Below, one piece after another: positions 54,048 through 63,573 of a stretch of 63,602 nt of DNA. The notes under the pieces are model-generated. The model made no database searches. It worked only from the letters and a program-made list of their open reading frames with translations, and was not told the DNA's origin. Both the position numbers and the translations under genes were made by a program. The DNA comes from a virus (lineage: Duplodnaviria; Caudoviricetes), in the IMG/VR virus record IMGVR_UViG_3300046791_000392, positions 1 to 63,602 of that record; one strand, 5' to 3'. Position 1 is the first letter of the stretch; each line of letters begins with the position of its first letter.

Positions 54048-55232
54048 CTAGACGATCTTGGTCCACCCGGTGATCAGGGAGTGGGTCTTCTCCTGGAGCA
54101 TCTCCAAGCCGCATTCGGCGAGGTACTCGTCGGTGACGCCGTCGATGCCGGGGGACTGGCGGTCCTTGAGCAGGACGAGATCATCGATGTAGCGGTAGCG
54201 CAAGTCGCCGGTGTCGAGGATGAGCATCATGCTCTCGGCGCCGGGGATCTGGCGGAACTGCGGGTGCGTCTTGACCATCAGCTGGCCGGCGAACGTCATG
54301 TACGACGTCATCGACATGCCGTAAGTCATGTTGGTGTCGGCCGACTCGATGGTCCACCGGTCCTTGGCGATGCGCTGCAGCATGTCGGCGCACTGCCAGC
54401 CGCAGAGGGCGAGCTTCTGCGACGAGCCGAACGCGAACACGTGCTGCGCCAGGAAGGTGTCGAACGTAAGCTCATCGAGCAGGCCAGGCGTGGTCGCCAC
54501 CGAAACATCGAGCACGTGAGAGGTCAGGAACGACGTGATGCCGCCGGTGTAGCGCTCGGGCTGGCCATTGGCACCGGTGATGATGTCCTTCTTGCCCCAG
54601 ATGAAGCCGCGCTCCGTCTCCATCATGTGCTGCTTGAGCGCGTCGCGGGTTTTTTCCACGTACTGGTCGCCGGTCCGGAAATTGGTCTTCATCGCCGTCC
54701 GGGTGATGTTCACCGGCGTCCGGAAAATCTGACAGAAGTTCTCGGTGCTCGCCGCGTCCCAGCTGATCGCGGTCGGCGTGTCGGCGCCTTCCGAGTTCGC
54801 ATTGCCGATCAGGAACCACACGTCGGAGGCGTTGACCGCGACACCGGTGCCGGCATTGCCGATGCCGCGCGTGACGGTGACAGAGGTCGCCGTGGGCTTG
54901 GCGGTGACCTTCGCGACTTCGCCGGTCCGCCAATTTCGGATGAGAGCGCCGATGCGGATGAACGTGAGATCGGCGGCGGCAGTGGCGTTGAGGGTCACGT
55001 CACCGGCGAGCGCGGTTCCCGAGTGGGTGAACCGGAAGTCCGGAAGATCCTTGCGGAAGTTGTGGTATTCCGGATCGTCTGTCGATTCGCTCGCGAGCAT
55101 CGACAGGATGGCGGTCAAAGGGGCGGAACCGTTGGGCTCCAGCATGAGCCACTTCTCGCGCCAATTCTCTGCACGGTGGTCGGCCGGAAATCCTCCGGTG
55201 CCACGCATGCCCAGGACTGCTGGCATGGACAT
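54048..55232 (-). CDS. Major capsid protein
   Basis: PLTAIL, ENFCQIFRTPVNITRT, ERGFIWG, RYTGGI, EYLAECGLE; follows scaffold. Confidence 0.85.
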   Translation of the reverse strand: MSMPAVLGMRGTGGFPADHRAENWREKWLMLEPNGSAPLTAILSMLASESTDDPEYHNFRKDLPDFRFTHSGTALAGDVTLNATAAADLTFIRIGALIRNWRTGEVAKVTAKPTATSVTVTRGIGNAGTGVAVNASDVWFLIGNANSEGADTPTAISWDAASTENFCQIFRTPVNITRTAMKTNFRTGDQYVEKTRDALKQHMMETERGFIWGKKDIITGANGQPERYTGGITSFLTSHVLDVSVATTPGLLDELTFDTFLAQHVFAFGSSQKLALCGWQCADMLQRIAKDRWTIESADTNMTYGMSMTSYMTFAGQLMVKTHPQFRQIPGAESMMLILDTGDLRYRYIDDLVLLKDRQSPGIDGVTDEYLAECGLEMLQEKTHSLITGWTKIV

Positions 55233-55370
55233 CACCTCGATCAAGGGTTGCGTTACCGCTTGCCTTGTCCCGGTGCTTCGTCGCTATGCCAGCGTCTCCG
55301 GTGTCGGTCTTTGCCGGCCGTGAGGCGCGAGGGTAGGTCGGATAGGCACAGACTACAGCGCGCGCGGAGC

Positions 55371-55565
55371 TTACGCCTCCGCTTGCATCGGCGTCAAATG
55401 GCGTGGCAAGCCGCCGTGCACGACCGACCGGCGGTCGCCGGTCGTGCACGAGCCGTGCGCGATGTGATGCCCGGTCTGCTCCAGCTGACGCACCAAAATC
55501 ATCGCTCGTTCGGCAGCTGCCGCTGCATCGCCATTGCCGGCGATGACGATTGTCCAATCGGTCAT
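55371..55565 (-). CDS. Small hypothetical protein
   Basis: GAGG RBS; between scaffold and capsid. Confidence 0.5.
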   Translation of the reverse strand: MTDWTIVIAGNGDAAAAAERAMILVRQLEQTGHHIAHGSCTTGDRRSVVHGGLPRHLTPMQAEA

Positions 55566-55596
55566 GCGGCCCTCACATCTACTCTCACATCTACTC

Positions 55597-56928
55597 TCAC
55601 ATCATCTTATCCATGAGCGTGCGGTTGAAGTCCTCCTCGGGGATCTGGCCATTGGGACCGGCGGCACCGCCCGCACCCGGGATCATGCCGCCGCCCGGGC
55701 GCGGGCTCGCCATTTCGCCGCCGGCACGTGCGAGATCGGCAGACACGCGCTGGGTAGCATCCTTGCGCTCTGCAATCGCGCGCCGGCCGGCGGCGACCTC
55801 GTAATACTTACGGATCGCGCTGCCCATTGCACGCGGATCTTGCAGCACACGTTGCTTGAATCCGGGGAACTCGCTGTCCGTCTCGCCGATGAACTTGGCG
55901 AAGCCGGCGACCTCTTCCGGAGTATCGATCCCGAGTTCGGTAGCAACACGCGCGGCCTCGGCGTTGACCGCGCTCTGCAATGCCTGTTGCGAACGCATCT
56001 GCAGGTCCTGCTGGAACTTCTGGACCTGCTGGACAAGCCCGCCATAGGTCCCGACCATGGTGTCCAGCGCGTTGCCGTGCTTGAACATCGCCATCAGCGC
56101 ACTGCGTGCGCCATCGGGGAACTGCAAGCCGTTCATCTGCTCCAGGGCTTGCATGTCCTGCTCGGCGTTGGGATTGGGCGGCGGCAACGCGAACGGCCGG
56201 CTCGCTGCTTGCGCGGCGACGCGCGCCGCTGCTGCCGCCGCCGGCGCGCCGCCGGCCATGGCCTGGAGCGGATTCACCGGAGCGACGTCGGCGCCGCCGG
56301 CACCGTTCGGAGGCATCATTCCGTTGCCGCCGCCGTTCGGGGGCATGGCGCCGTTGCCGCCGCCGTTGGCGCCCTGCTGCTGGACAATGCGCTGGACAGC
56401 GGTCATCACCAGTTCGGCGAGCTTGCGCGGATCGCTGATCCCGGTCTGGCGCTTGATCTCGTTGATCACGCCGAGAACAGGTGAGTTCTCTCCCACCGCA
56501 AGGCCCTGCTGGGCCAGCTGGCGGATCGTGTCCACGGGATATTCGCGATCCTCGCCCCGGAACTTGATCCGCATCGTGCTCGGAAGATCGTTGGGCCGTG
56601 GGCCCGCCTGGCCGGCGTTGGTCTGCGTGGTTTCCGGCGGCGGATTATCCGTGGACATCGCCTCGGCCGACGCGGAACGCGGTGTACCCTTTCTGATTTC
56701 AAAATCGAAATCGGCCGGCACGGTGCCTTGCGTACGTTCCGGGCGCACCGACGTCTGCGCCGGCGGTGCCGCTTGCGGGCTATCGTTCGGCGCCGAACGC
56801 TGGTCCGGCGGATTGGCCACGGTCGCCGGCTTGTTGGCGCCGGTCGCAGCGGTGCTGGCGCCCGACCCGGGAACCCGAATGCTCGTCGCCGTGCGCTCGT
56901 CAACCGGCTTGGTCATCGCCATGGTCAT
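55597..56928 (-). CDS. Capsid scaffolding protein
   Basis: IKFRGEDREYPVD..RQLAQQG motif, disordered N-terminus, helical Q-rich body; between portal and capsid. Confidence 0.7.
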   Translation of the reverse strand: MTMAMTKPVDERTATSIRVPGSGASTAATGANKPATVANPPDQRSAPNDSPQAAPPAQTSVRPERTQGTVPADFDFEIRKGTPRSASAEAMSTDNPPPETTQTNAGQAGPRPNDLPSTMRIKFRGEDREYPVDTIRQLAQQGLAVGENSPVLGVINEIKRQTGISDPRKLAELVMTAVQRIVQQQGANGGGNGAMPPNGGGNGMMPPNGAGGADVAPVNPLQAMAGGAPAAAAAARVAAQAASRPFALPPPNPNAEQDMQALEQMNGLQFPDGARSALMAMFKHGNALDTMVGTYGGLVQQVQKFQQDLQMRSQQALQSAVNAEAARVATELGIDTPEEVAGFAKFIGETDSEFPGFKQRVLQDPRAMGSAIRKYYEVAAGRRAIAERKDATQRVSADLARAGGEMASPRPGGGMIPGAGGAAGPNGQIPEEDFNRTLMDKMM

Positions 56929-57241
56929 CTTCTCCGTCGGTTGCGGACTGGCGGCCTTGTCGCGGCGCCTGTCCAATGATCTGTCCAGCGAACAGCACCT
57001 GTCCGCCGCGAATGAGGTCGGGCAACGTAAGAGCGGTCCGGAAAGCACTGGCCATGGCGGCGGCCACGCGAAGGTTCTCTGCCGGGCCGCCGGCGCTGGC
57101 CATGCAGATCTCCATGTGCTGCATCATCTGGTTGTCCAGATGGCGCAGATAGGTCTTCCAGAACCAGCTGCCGGCGATGCGGGTGTATTCGGCTTCGAGA
57201 AACGCCGGCGGGGTATAGACGGCGATAGGTTCCGGCGTCAT
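56900..57241 (-). CDS. Small protein following portal
   Basis: ATGA-coupled to portal; helical. Confidence 0.65.
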   Translation of the reverse strand: MTPEPIAVYTPPAFLEAEYTRIAGSWFWKTYLRHLDNQMMQHMEICMASAGGPAENLRVAAAMASAFRTALTLPDLIRGGQVLFAGQIIGQAPRQGRQSATDGEDDHGDDQAG

Positions 57242-59649
57242 CGCACGCCGGTGGCCTGGGTCGGCTCGGACTGCAACGGCATCTGCGCCTGGGGCGAGCT
57301 TTGCGCCGCCGCCGTGGCGCGCATCGCCTCGGACAGCGGCACGACATTGCCGGCCTGCTTGTCCTTCATGACCTGCTCGTCGGGTTGGACCTGGGCCTTG
57401 GTCTGCGCCATCTGCTGATGCGCGGCGGCGATCTGCTGCTGGACACCCGGGTTGTTCGCCATCGCAGCGGCCTGCTGCTGCGCGTTCTGCGCCTGGCCTT
57501 CTTTCTGGGTGTTCTGCCACTCCTCGACGTCGTTGAAGCCCATCGAAATGAACAGCTCGTTGAAGATCTTCGCCATGTTCCAGTTGGCGCCGGTGTTGGT
57601 TTCGCCGATGACGCGGATCGCGCGCATCAGGTTCTCGGAGTTGGCGCGGGGATCGGCTGGAAGCGTGCCATCGCTGAGCAGATAATCGAACTCGCCCAGC
57701 ACTTCCTTCTGCTTCCACTCGTACCAGCCGTCCTCCATCTTGGCGTACTGCGGCGGCAGCTGGACCTGGCCGCCGAACACGCCGAAGTACTGCAGGTTCC
57801 ACACCATCTGCAGAACCATGGGCCGGATCTGCGACGCGCTTAGCATGCGCGCCTGCGTGCCCAGGCGCTGCTGACCGAGAGAGGTCAGTCTTGCGATCTC
57901 GGTCGCGGAGCGCTGGGTGTCGGTCTGAACTCCCTGTGCCGTGTCGTTGGCCGCGAGCAGCCGCTGCTGCAGCTGAGCCGCTTGATCCATTTCTTGCCAG
58001 AAGCTGGCGGTCGAATCCTTCTGGTCAATCGGCAGCAAGGCCGACTTGAGATCAGCGCCAGGAAGAGCGCGAATAAGACGGGCGGTGTTGGGGTTGAGGA
58101 TATCATCGATCATGACCTTGGTCGGATCGGCGATCATCCGGCCCCGGATCAGGTTCTGGGTGTTCTCGACGCGAGCGCGCAGCAGCCAATCCTGAAAGCG
58201 TTGAAGTGGCGCGCCCAACTCGTAGGCGCTGCTCGCGAAGATCTTGTGCGCGTCCCAGTCGCACGCGCCCGACACCACCGGGATCTGGCCGTGCGGGTAC
58301 GGAGATTTATCGAACATGATCACGGTCTTCTCGTCCGCGACCACGATCCGGTACAGCCCGAAGGGGGCATTTATGCCGAACCATTTCGGCGAGATGTAAG
58401 CGTAGATGGTGTTCAGCACGTGCGCCCGGCCAAGGCCGAACTTGGACCCGGCCTGCGGCGTTTCGGTACGGCCCCCGTCACGAAGAGTATCCGGCCTGGT
58501 CCCGCGCTGGTTCTCGTTGAGAACCCGGTTGCAATCCCAGCCCATCACCAGGTGGTTCTTCTCGACGCGCTCCAGGTTGGCGTAGAGCTTGCGTCTATAG
58601 AGTGCGCTGATCGACGCCGTGGTGCGCACGCCGACGAAGTCGGCCTCGTGCGCGTTCTGCAGGGTCACGCGCGGATCGGGGAAGTAGGACCACGGATCGA
58701 TGTTGAGCGGGATGTTCCCGACCTGACCGTAGTAGGTCGCTACGGGCGAGATCCCGTAACGATTTTGATCGAGCGTGATCTGGTAGAGCAGACGTTCGTA
58801 GCCGACGCGTCGCATATTGTTGGAAAGCTCAGCCTCGATAATGCGCGCTGCGAGCCGTGAACTGGTGCGTCGCGCGGGATAGATCTTGAAGGCAGGCATG
58901 CCTCCGAATATCGCGAGGTTGTAGGTGCAGCGAACGTCGCAGATCGCGCGCGAGTACGGCGTGCGGATGACATCGATGATCCGGGGCTTGCGCCGCCGGC
59001 CCTTCTTGGTGCTGGCCTGCATCGCCTCGACCGTCGCGGTCGGCACATAGAGATCGTGGGTCTGGTCGGCTTCGGTCCACGTGTCGTAGCGCCGCGAGAT
59101 GTGCTCGTAGGACAGCCCGAAGCACTCGCCGACATAGTCCACGATGTCCTGCTCGATGTCGGACGGCAAAGCCGCCGCCGCGTTCTTGGACATCGTCAGC
59201 ATGTTGGACACGGTTTCGGCCGACCGTGGGATATCGCCGTCGCCGATGATCGAAATGTAATCGCCGAAATTCGCGTCGGGCCCGGGCTGATCGTCCTTCT
59301 CGTTGGATTCGGTCTTGTCCTCGGCGGCGTTCTCGTTGTCGGGCCCGGCCTTGTCGCTGGACAGCGGGTTCCACGAGCGCCGAATGGTATTTCCCTCTTC
59401 GCGCACGGCGTTGGCCTGCGCCATCTGCTGGGCGACCTCCTGGCGGCCCAAGGCTAGGATGTCTTCCGGCGGCGTGTGCGGGCCCAAGGTGTCGGTGACA
59501 CTTTCCCACGCGCGACGAGTCGGCAGCGCTTCATCGCGGATCGTAGGGAGGGACTTGGCTCCAGGCACCGTCGGCGTGACGAATCCCGACATATCCGACT
59601 GATCGCCCGTGTCCGGCACGGCGAACGGATCGACGGTGCGCGTCGGCAT
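57238..59649 (-). CDS. Portal protein (podovirus-like)
   Basis: IDPWSYFPDP, SPYPHGQIP, RSATEI, Q-rich C-terminal barrel; downstream of terminase. Confidence 0.85.
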   Translation of the reverse strand: MPTRTVDPFAVPDTGDQSDMSGFVTPTVPGAKSLPTIRDEALPTRRAWESVTDTLGPHTPPEDILALGRQEVAQQMAQANAVREEGNTIRRSWNPLSSDKAGPDNENAAEDKTESNEKDDQPGPDANFGDYISIIGDGDIPRSAETVSNMLTMSKNAAAALPSDIEQDIVDYVGECFGLSYEHISRRYDTWTEADQTHDLYVPTATVEAMQASTKKGRRRKPRIIDVIRTPYSRAICDVRCTYNLAIFGGMPAFKIYPARRTSSRLAARIIEAELSNNMRRVGYERLLYQITLDQNRYGISPVATYYGQVGNIPLNIDPWSYFPDPRVTLQNAHEADFVGVRTTASISALYRRKLYANLERVEKNHLVMGWDCNRVLNENQRGTRPDTLRDGGRTETPQAGSKFGLGRAHVLNTIYAYISPKWFGINAPFGLYRIVVADEKTVIMFDKSPYPHGQIPVVSGACDWDAHKIFASSAYELGAPLQRFQDWLLRARVENTQNLIRGRMIADPTKVMIDDILNPNTARLIRALPGADLKSALLPIDQKDSTASFWQEMDQAAQLQQRLLAANDTAQGVQTDTQRSATEIARLTSLGQQRLGTQARMLSASQIRPMVLQMVWNLQYFGVFGGQVQLPPQYAKMEDGWYEWKQKEVLGEFDYLLSDGTLPADPRANSENLMRAIRVIGETNTGANWNMAKIFNELFISMGFNDVEEWQNTQKEGQAQNAQQQAAAMANNPGVQQQIAAAHQQMAQTKAQVQPDEQVMKDKQAGNVVPLSEAMRATAAAQSSPQAQMPLQSEPTQATGVR

Positions 59650-59981
59650 GAAGCGGCTACTCCGGATGGTATGTCCCGGCGGGACTGTACACCAAGTCTC
59701 TGAAACGGCTAAGCTTGCTTTGCCGGACTTTCCCCCGGCGGCGCCCCGTGCTCCATGGGTGAGTACCCTCCCCCGTGGTCACGTCTCCATCCCCGGGGTC
59801 GCCGTTTCCCTCCAGGTGGCGGTTGGTCCCGGGGATGGGCGCTTAGGGCCCCGCGCCGGTGCAAGGGCGTGCGCGCTTGCGGTAGCCCCCAGACCGGCGC
59901 GGGTGCTTCAAAGAAAAAGGCGCGCCGTCGTTCCGTCGGCGCGCCTCGCGACGCAAGTCGCTTGGTCAAGCAGTCACGACA

Positions 59982-60116
59982 TCACACGCCTCCCCACTCG
60001 TTGCGCCGAAGCATCCGTTTACGCCAGCGCCGGTGTTCGCGCCAGTTGAACAGCATGATCTGACCGGCGCCGGCGATCACACCGAGTGCGAAGCTCCAGC
60101 CGCTGAAGTCGCTCAT
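59982..60116 (-). CDS. 44-aa single-TM basic peptide (not in ORF track)
   Basis: MSDFSGWSFALGVIAGAGQIMLFNW...; ATGA coupling. Confidence 0.45.
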   Translation of the reverse strand: MSDFSGWSFALGVIAGAGQIMLFNWREHRRWRKRMLRRNEWGGV

Positions 60117-60292
60117 GGCTTGAACGGGTGATCGACGCCCTCGGCGTCGGTCGCGATGGTGGGCCGGCGCCGGGTCTTGCTCCAGCGCATGGCTTCCTTG
60201 GCGTCGGCGAGGATCTTGTCGGCTTCCTCGACCTGCCGGCGCACGCGCTCCTTCAATGTGCCGGCTTCCGCGAGCTTGACGTTAATTGCCAC
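60113..60292 (-). CDS. Small hypothetical protein
   Basis: GGGAG RBS before GTG. Confidence 0.55.
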   Translation of the reverse strand: MAINVKLAEAGTLKERVRRQVEEADKILADAKEAMRWSKTRRRPTIATDAEGVDHPFKP

Positions 60293-60407
60293 GTGTCGTT
60301 CTCCCGCACCGTGGACAGCGCCAGATCGTACCACCGCGCCGGTCGTACTCGATGACGCCGCCGCAGCCGCCCCACCAGCACATGAAGATGCGGCGCAGCC
60401 AGATCAT
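60282..60407 (-). CDS. Small Cys-rich (Zn-ribbon-like) protein
   Basis: CWWGGC...WRCPRCG; ATGA coupling. Confidence 0.5.
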   Translation of the reverse strand: MIWLRRIFMCWWGGCGGVIEYDRRGGTIWRCPRCGRTTRGN

Positions 60408-60631
60408 TCGCCGTTGGGCCGCGCGATGGCGCGGATCGCCCACATGAAGCCGGTCTGGATCTCGGTCTTCGCGATGGCGGCGGACCGTGCGTTGACGCCG
60501 GGTGTGTTGTGCACTTCCTGGACGAGCGCGAGCACGTCCTTCTCGCACGCCTTGAGCTTGTTCATGATCGCGATCTCTTCCGTCGAGAGATCGCGATACC
60601 CGGAAATCTGCTTGTGCTGATTGTCCACCAT
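60404..60631 (-). CDS. acb2: Acb2-like anti-CBASS cyclic-oligonucleotide sponge
   Basis: DNQHKQISGYRDLSTEEI..MN..K and AIAKTEIQTGFMWAIRAIARP match the Acb2 family pattern as recalled. Confidence 0.85.
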   Translation of the reverse strand: MVDNQHKQISGYRDLSTEEIAIMNKLKACEKDVLALVQEVHNTPGVNARSAAIAKTEIQTGFMWAIRAIARPNGE

Positions 60632-60828
60632 CAGATCACTCCCTTCTTGAGGGCGAGCCATGCCGGCATCGTCCATGTGTTGTTCTCGTCGTCGCTGCCG
60701 TAGCCCTGCTCGACCTGCGACTTGGGAAACTAGATCTCCTCGCCGCCCTCGACGCGCAACAGCACGGCGGCGTCGGTTTCACGAACCAGCTGTCCCCAGA
60801 TCTCGACGGTGTCATGCGAGGTGGTCAT
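60631..60828 (-). pseudogene. Small phage protein interrupted by an in-frame TAG at an expected Trp
   Basis: ETDAAVLL...EEI*FPKSQV...TMPAWLALKKGVI; distal TGA overlaps the acb2 ATG. Confidence 0.7.
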
Positions 60829-62203
60829 CGACGTTCTCCAGGTCGCTGTCGCTGTCGCTGTCGTCGTAGGCATCGCTCGCTTCGCCAGGCTCGCGCATGT
60901 CGTTGAGCCGCGCCTCAAGACCCCTCGTATAGAGCCCGTCCTCGGGCACCAGCATCGGCGGCATCTCGCTCGCGGCCAGCATGAGCGCCGTCACGCAATC
61001 GTCGTACATGCCCATCGGCGAGGAGTACCTGACCTTGCCGGTGGGCAGGATATCGTAGGTGAACGCCTCAAGCTCGTTCCACAGGAACGAGATGTCCTTG
61101 GATGCTTCGGCGGTGACCGTGGGTGGAGGTATATGCATGGCGCCGCTCTCGATCAGGCTGGCGAGATTCTGCGTCATGAAGGCTTTTCGCTCGTTGGAAA
61201 ACTTCACGCCGGTCATCGGCACGCCGTCGCCGGCCATGGCCTCGTAAAGAACTTCGCCGGGGCCGGCGATGTCCATGACCATCTTGCCGCGATAGCGCGT
61301 GAGATAGTTTTTGATCCGCATCAGCATCGTGTGCCACGGAAGATCTTTGAAGCGCTCGAACCCGACGACCTTGTTGTTCTCGTCCAATGATAAGAGCACT
61401 GTCCAATCGGAATGCCGCCCGATGTCGATGCCCGTCCGGCAGTTCGCCGCCTGTGGGCGGAGCTTGCAATCCTGGGACCGGGCACGCATCGCGCTGAGTC
61501 CCTTGAACACCATGCCGCCGGTGTCGAGGAACTCGGCCATGAACTCCTGATTGAACATATCCTCGGGGAGTTCGAGCTTGAGCCGATCCAATTCCTCCAC
61601 GGGGATGTAGGGATTGTCATACGTGGAGAATCGGAAGCTCTTCCACATGTTGACGCGCCCGTCCTTGTCGTCCTTGTTCAGGCCGCGCAGATAGATCTTG
61701 TGAAACGCGTTCTTGCCCTTGGGCGTGCCGCTCAACCATGCCCAGCCCTGGCGGTCGATGAGCATCGCCGCGATAGGGCCTTCCCATAGCTCCATCAAGG
61801 CCCCTATGAGCCCGGCCTCGTTGATGATGATGCCGTCGTACTGCCCCGACCGAAGGTTGTCCGGCTGGTCGGCCGAGAAGAACGTGATCCGGTCGCCATT
61901 GATGAGGGTGACCTCCATCGGCGGCGTTCTGATCACCCCGTCTTTCGCTATGAGCTTTCCCGATTCGGCGAACTGCCGGAAGATCCGAAAGCTCTCCTTG
62001 CCCTGCGGGTTGTAGACGGGGTTCAGCCACGCGTAGAGCTTCTGACCCCTCGGGGAGATCTTCGAGAAGCACTCGATCAAGAGATTGATGCTGATCAAGT
62101 GGTCCTTGCCCCAGCGTCTCCCGCACACCAGCGTCTTGAAGCGATGATTGTCGCGCAGCACCTCCATCTGCGTGGGATGGACCTCGAAATTGAAATCAAG
62201 CAT
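60812..62203 (-). CDS. terL: Terminase large subunit
   Basis: HPTQ, CGRRWGK, SADQPDNLR, SGTPKGKN, STYDNP, QEFMAEF, GIDIG...D.TV, DDCVTAL. Confidence 0.92.
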   Translation of the reverse strand: MLDFNFEVHPTQMEVLRDNHRFKTLVCGRRWGKDHLISINLLIECFSKISPRGQKLYAWLNPVYNPQGKESFRIFRQFAESGKLIAKDGVIRTPPMEVTLINGDRITFFSADQPDNLRSGQYDGIIINEAGLIGALMELWEGPIAAMLIDRQGWAWLSGTPKGKNAFHKIYLRGLNKDDKDGRVNMWKSFRFSTYDNPYIPVEELDRLKLELPEDMFNQEFMAEFLDTGGMVFKGLSAMRARSQDCKLRPQAANCRTGIDIGRHSDWTVLLSLDENNKVVGFERFKDLPWHTMLMRIKNYLTRYRGKMVMDIAGPGEVLYEAMAGDGVPMTGVKFSNERKAFMTQNLASLIESGAMHIPPPTVTAEASKDISFLWNELEAFTYDILPTGKVRYSSPMGMYDDCVTALMLAASEMPPMLVPEDGLYTRGLEARLNDMREPGEASDAYDDSDSDSDLENVDDHLA

Positions 62204-62447
62204 GGTCACCCGCCACTCCACGCAACGCCGACAACGCCGGCTCCGGATCTTCGACGGCGCCATCCCACGGCGCCGCCGCCGGCACCCGGGCCAGCGTGCG
62301 CAGCGCATGTCGCTTCAGCGTCATCGCGTCGGCGTTCATCGCCACGACATCGGCCAGTGCCGCCCTCAGCAATACCCTCTCCCGGCGAAGATTTTCGATC
62401 TCGCCCTGCATCAGCTGGCTGCGCCGGATGACGCTAATTCGCCCCAT
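62196..62447 (-). CDS. Hypothetical protein
   Basis: Overlaps both neighbours in the same orientation. Confidence 0.5.
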   Translation of the reverse strand: MGRISVIRRSQLMQGEIENLRRERVLLRAALADVVAMNADAMTLKRHALRTLARVPAAAPWDGAVEDPEPALSALRGVAGDHA

Positions 62448-63258
62448 CGGGTGTGTCCTTCTCTGGAAGATCGCGCGGCAGCGTATCACGGACGACCGTC
62501 GGATCGCCGGCCGGCGCATCGGGACCACCGGCCATGGCCTTCTCGACCACCTCGCCCAGGTTCATCGTGATCGGCGAGATCTGCCTTGCCGCGTTCGGGT
62601 GATTGGGCCCGCCAGCACGTAGTCTTGCGTCGGTGGGATCGCCGGCGCCGTCGGCATTGGTCACAGTATTCACCGTGATCTTTACTTGCCGGGCGTCGAT
62701 GTGGGTGCCCTTGCCAAGGCCGGGCCGGCCCTCGATGTCCATGTCGGTGATCGGCGGCAACAACCTATGGAGGATCAGGCCAGCAAGCTTTACCTGCGTA
62801 GCGGTCATCGCCGCCGCGTCGGGGATCATTTGCACCGGTCTTCCGCTCGGATCGATGATGGTGTACGGCTCGGCAAGGATGAACTTACCGATGCGATTTG
62901 CTATCTCCGGTAGGACTTTTGCGAGACTCGTCCTGAATGCATGCGATGCATCGAAAAACAACTCTACGTCTCCACGCGTAATGCGTGCGATATCTCCGGG
63001 CGGGGCGTTATCGCGCGTCATGGACGGCTGCGGGAGGTTTGGACGAAAATCCACGCCGTGCGCGCTGGCCGCAGCCTTGAGATTTGCGGTTGCCTCCTGG
63101 TGGGGAATACGCTTGCGGCTGTGCAACCGAGCGCCATCGGGGTACTCGGGCTGGGGGATATCGTTCTCGATGACACCGTAGGGTGCATCGGGAGCACGGA
63201 TATTCGCCGTGTTGGGCGGCTTATTCGGGTGCCGGTTGGTGGTGCGATGCGAGGACAT
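62434..63258 (-). CDS. Candidate terminase small subunit
   Basis: First gene of the late block; MTATQVKLAGLILHRLLP segment; AGGA RBS. Confidence 0.5.
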   Translation of the reverse strand: MSSHRTTNRHPNKPPNTANIRAPDAPYGVIENDIPQPEYPDGARLHSRKRIPHQEATANLKAAASAHGVDFRPNLPQPSMTRDNAPPGDIARITRGDVELFFDASHAFRTSLAKVLPEIANRIGKFILAEPYTIIDPSGRPVQMIPDAAAMTATQVKLAGLILHRLLPPITDMDIEGRPGLGKGTHIDARQVKITVNTVTNADGAGDPTDARLRAGGPNHPNAARQISPITMNLGEVVEKAMAGGPDAPAGDPTVVRDTLPRDLPEKDTPDGAN

Positions 63259-63524
63259 GATGGGGTTCCTGTGAGTTGGGTGTGTAAGTGTGCGGCCGGG
63301 GGCCGATCCTGTCCATGGACAGGTCGTTGCGGGGTGGTAACGCGGTTCGACAGGAATTTCGATTCATATGAAAAATCAAAAAGTTAGAGGGTTCATTGGA
63401 AATTGGTCGGGGTGCCGGCGGCGAAAACCTCTTACTCACTCTTGCACCACCTCACAGCGCGCGGGCGGGGGGCCCCGCAGGCCGCTGTCAAGGTGCCCAA
63501 GGTTCCAAGACAGGGGCCTTCGCG

Positions 63525-63573
63525 GCCGGTCCATGGACAGTCCGCGCACAGCGCGGGCTGTCCATGGACCGGC
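63525..63573. repeat. 23-bp-arm inverted repeat inside the first copy of the junction repeat
   Basis: gccggtccatggacagtccgcgc-aca-gcgcgggctgtccatggaccggc (one mismatch). Confidence 0.9.

Noticed and set aside
60631-60828. Genome-wide TAG reassignment
   Set aside because: TAG ends several well-defined genes (capsid, vWA protein, RBPs) and no suppressor tRNA was seen
63525-63573. Protelomerase target of a linear plasmid prophage
   Set aside because: No protelomerase or partition genes recognised
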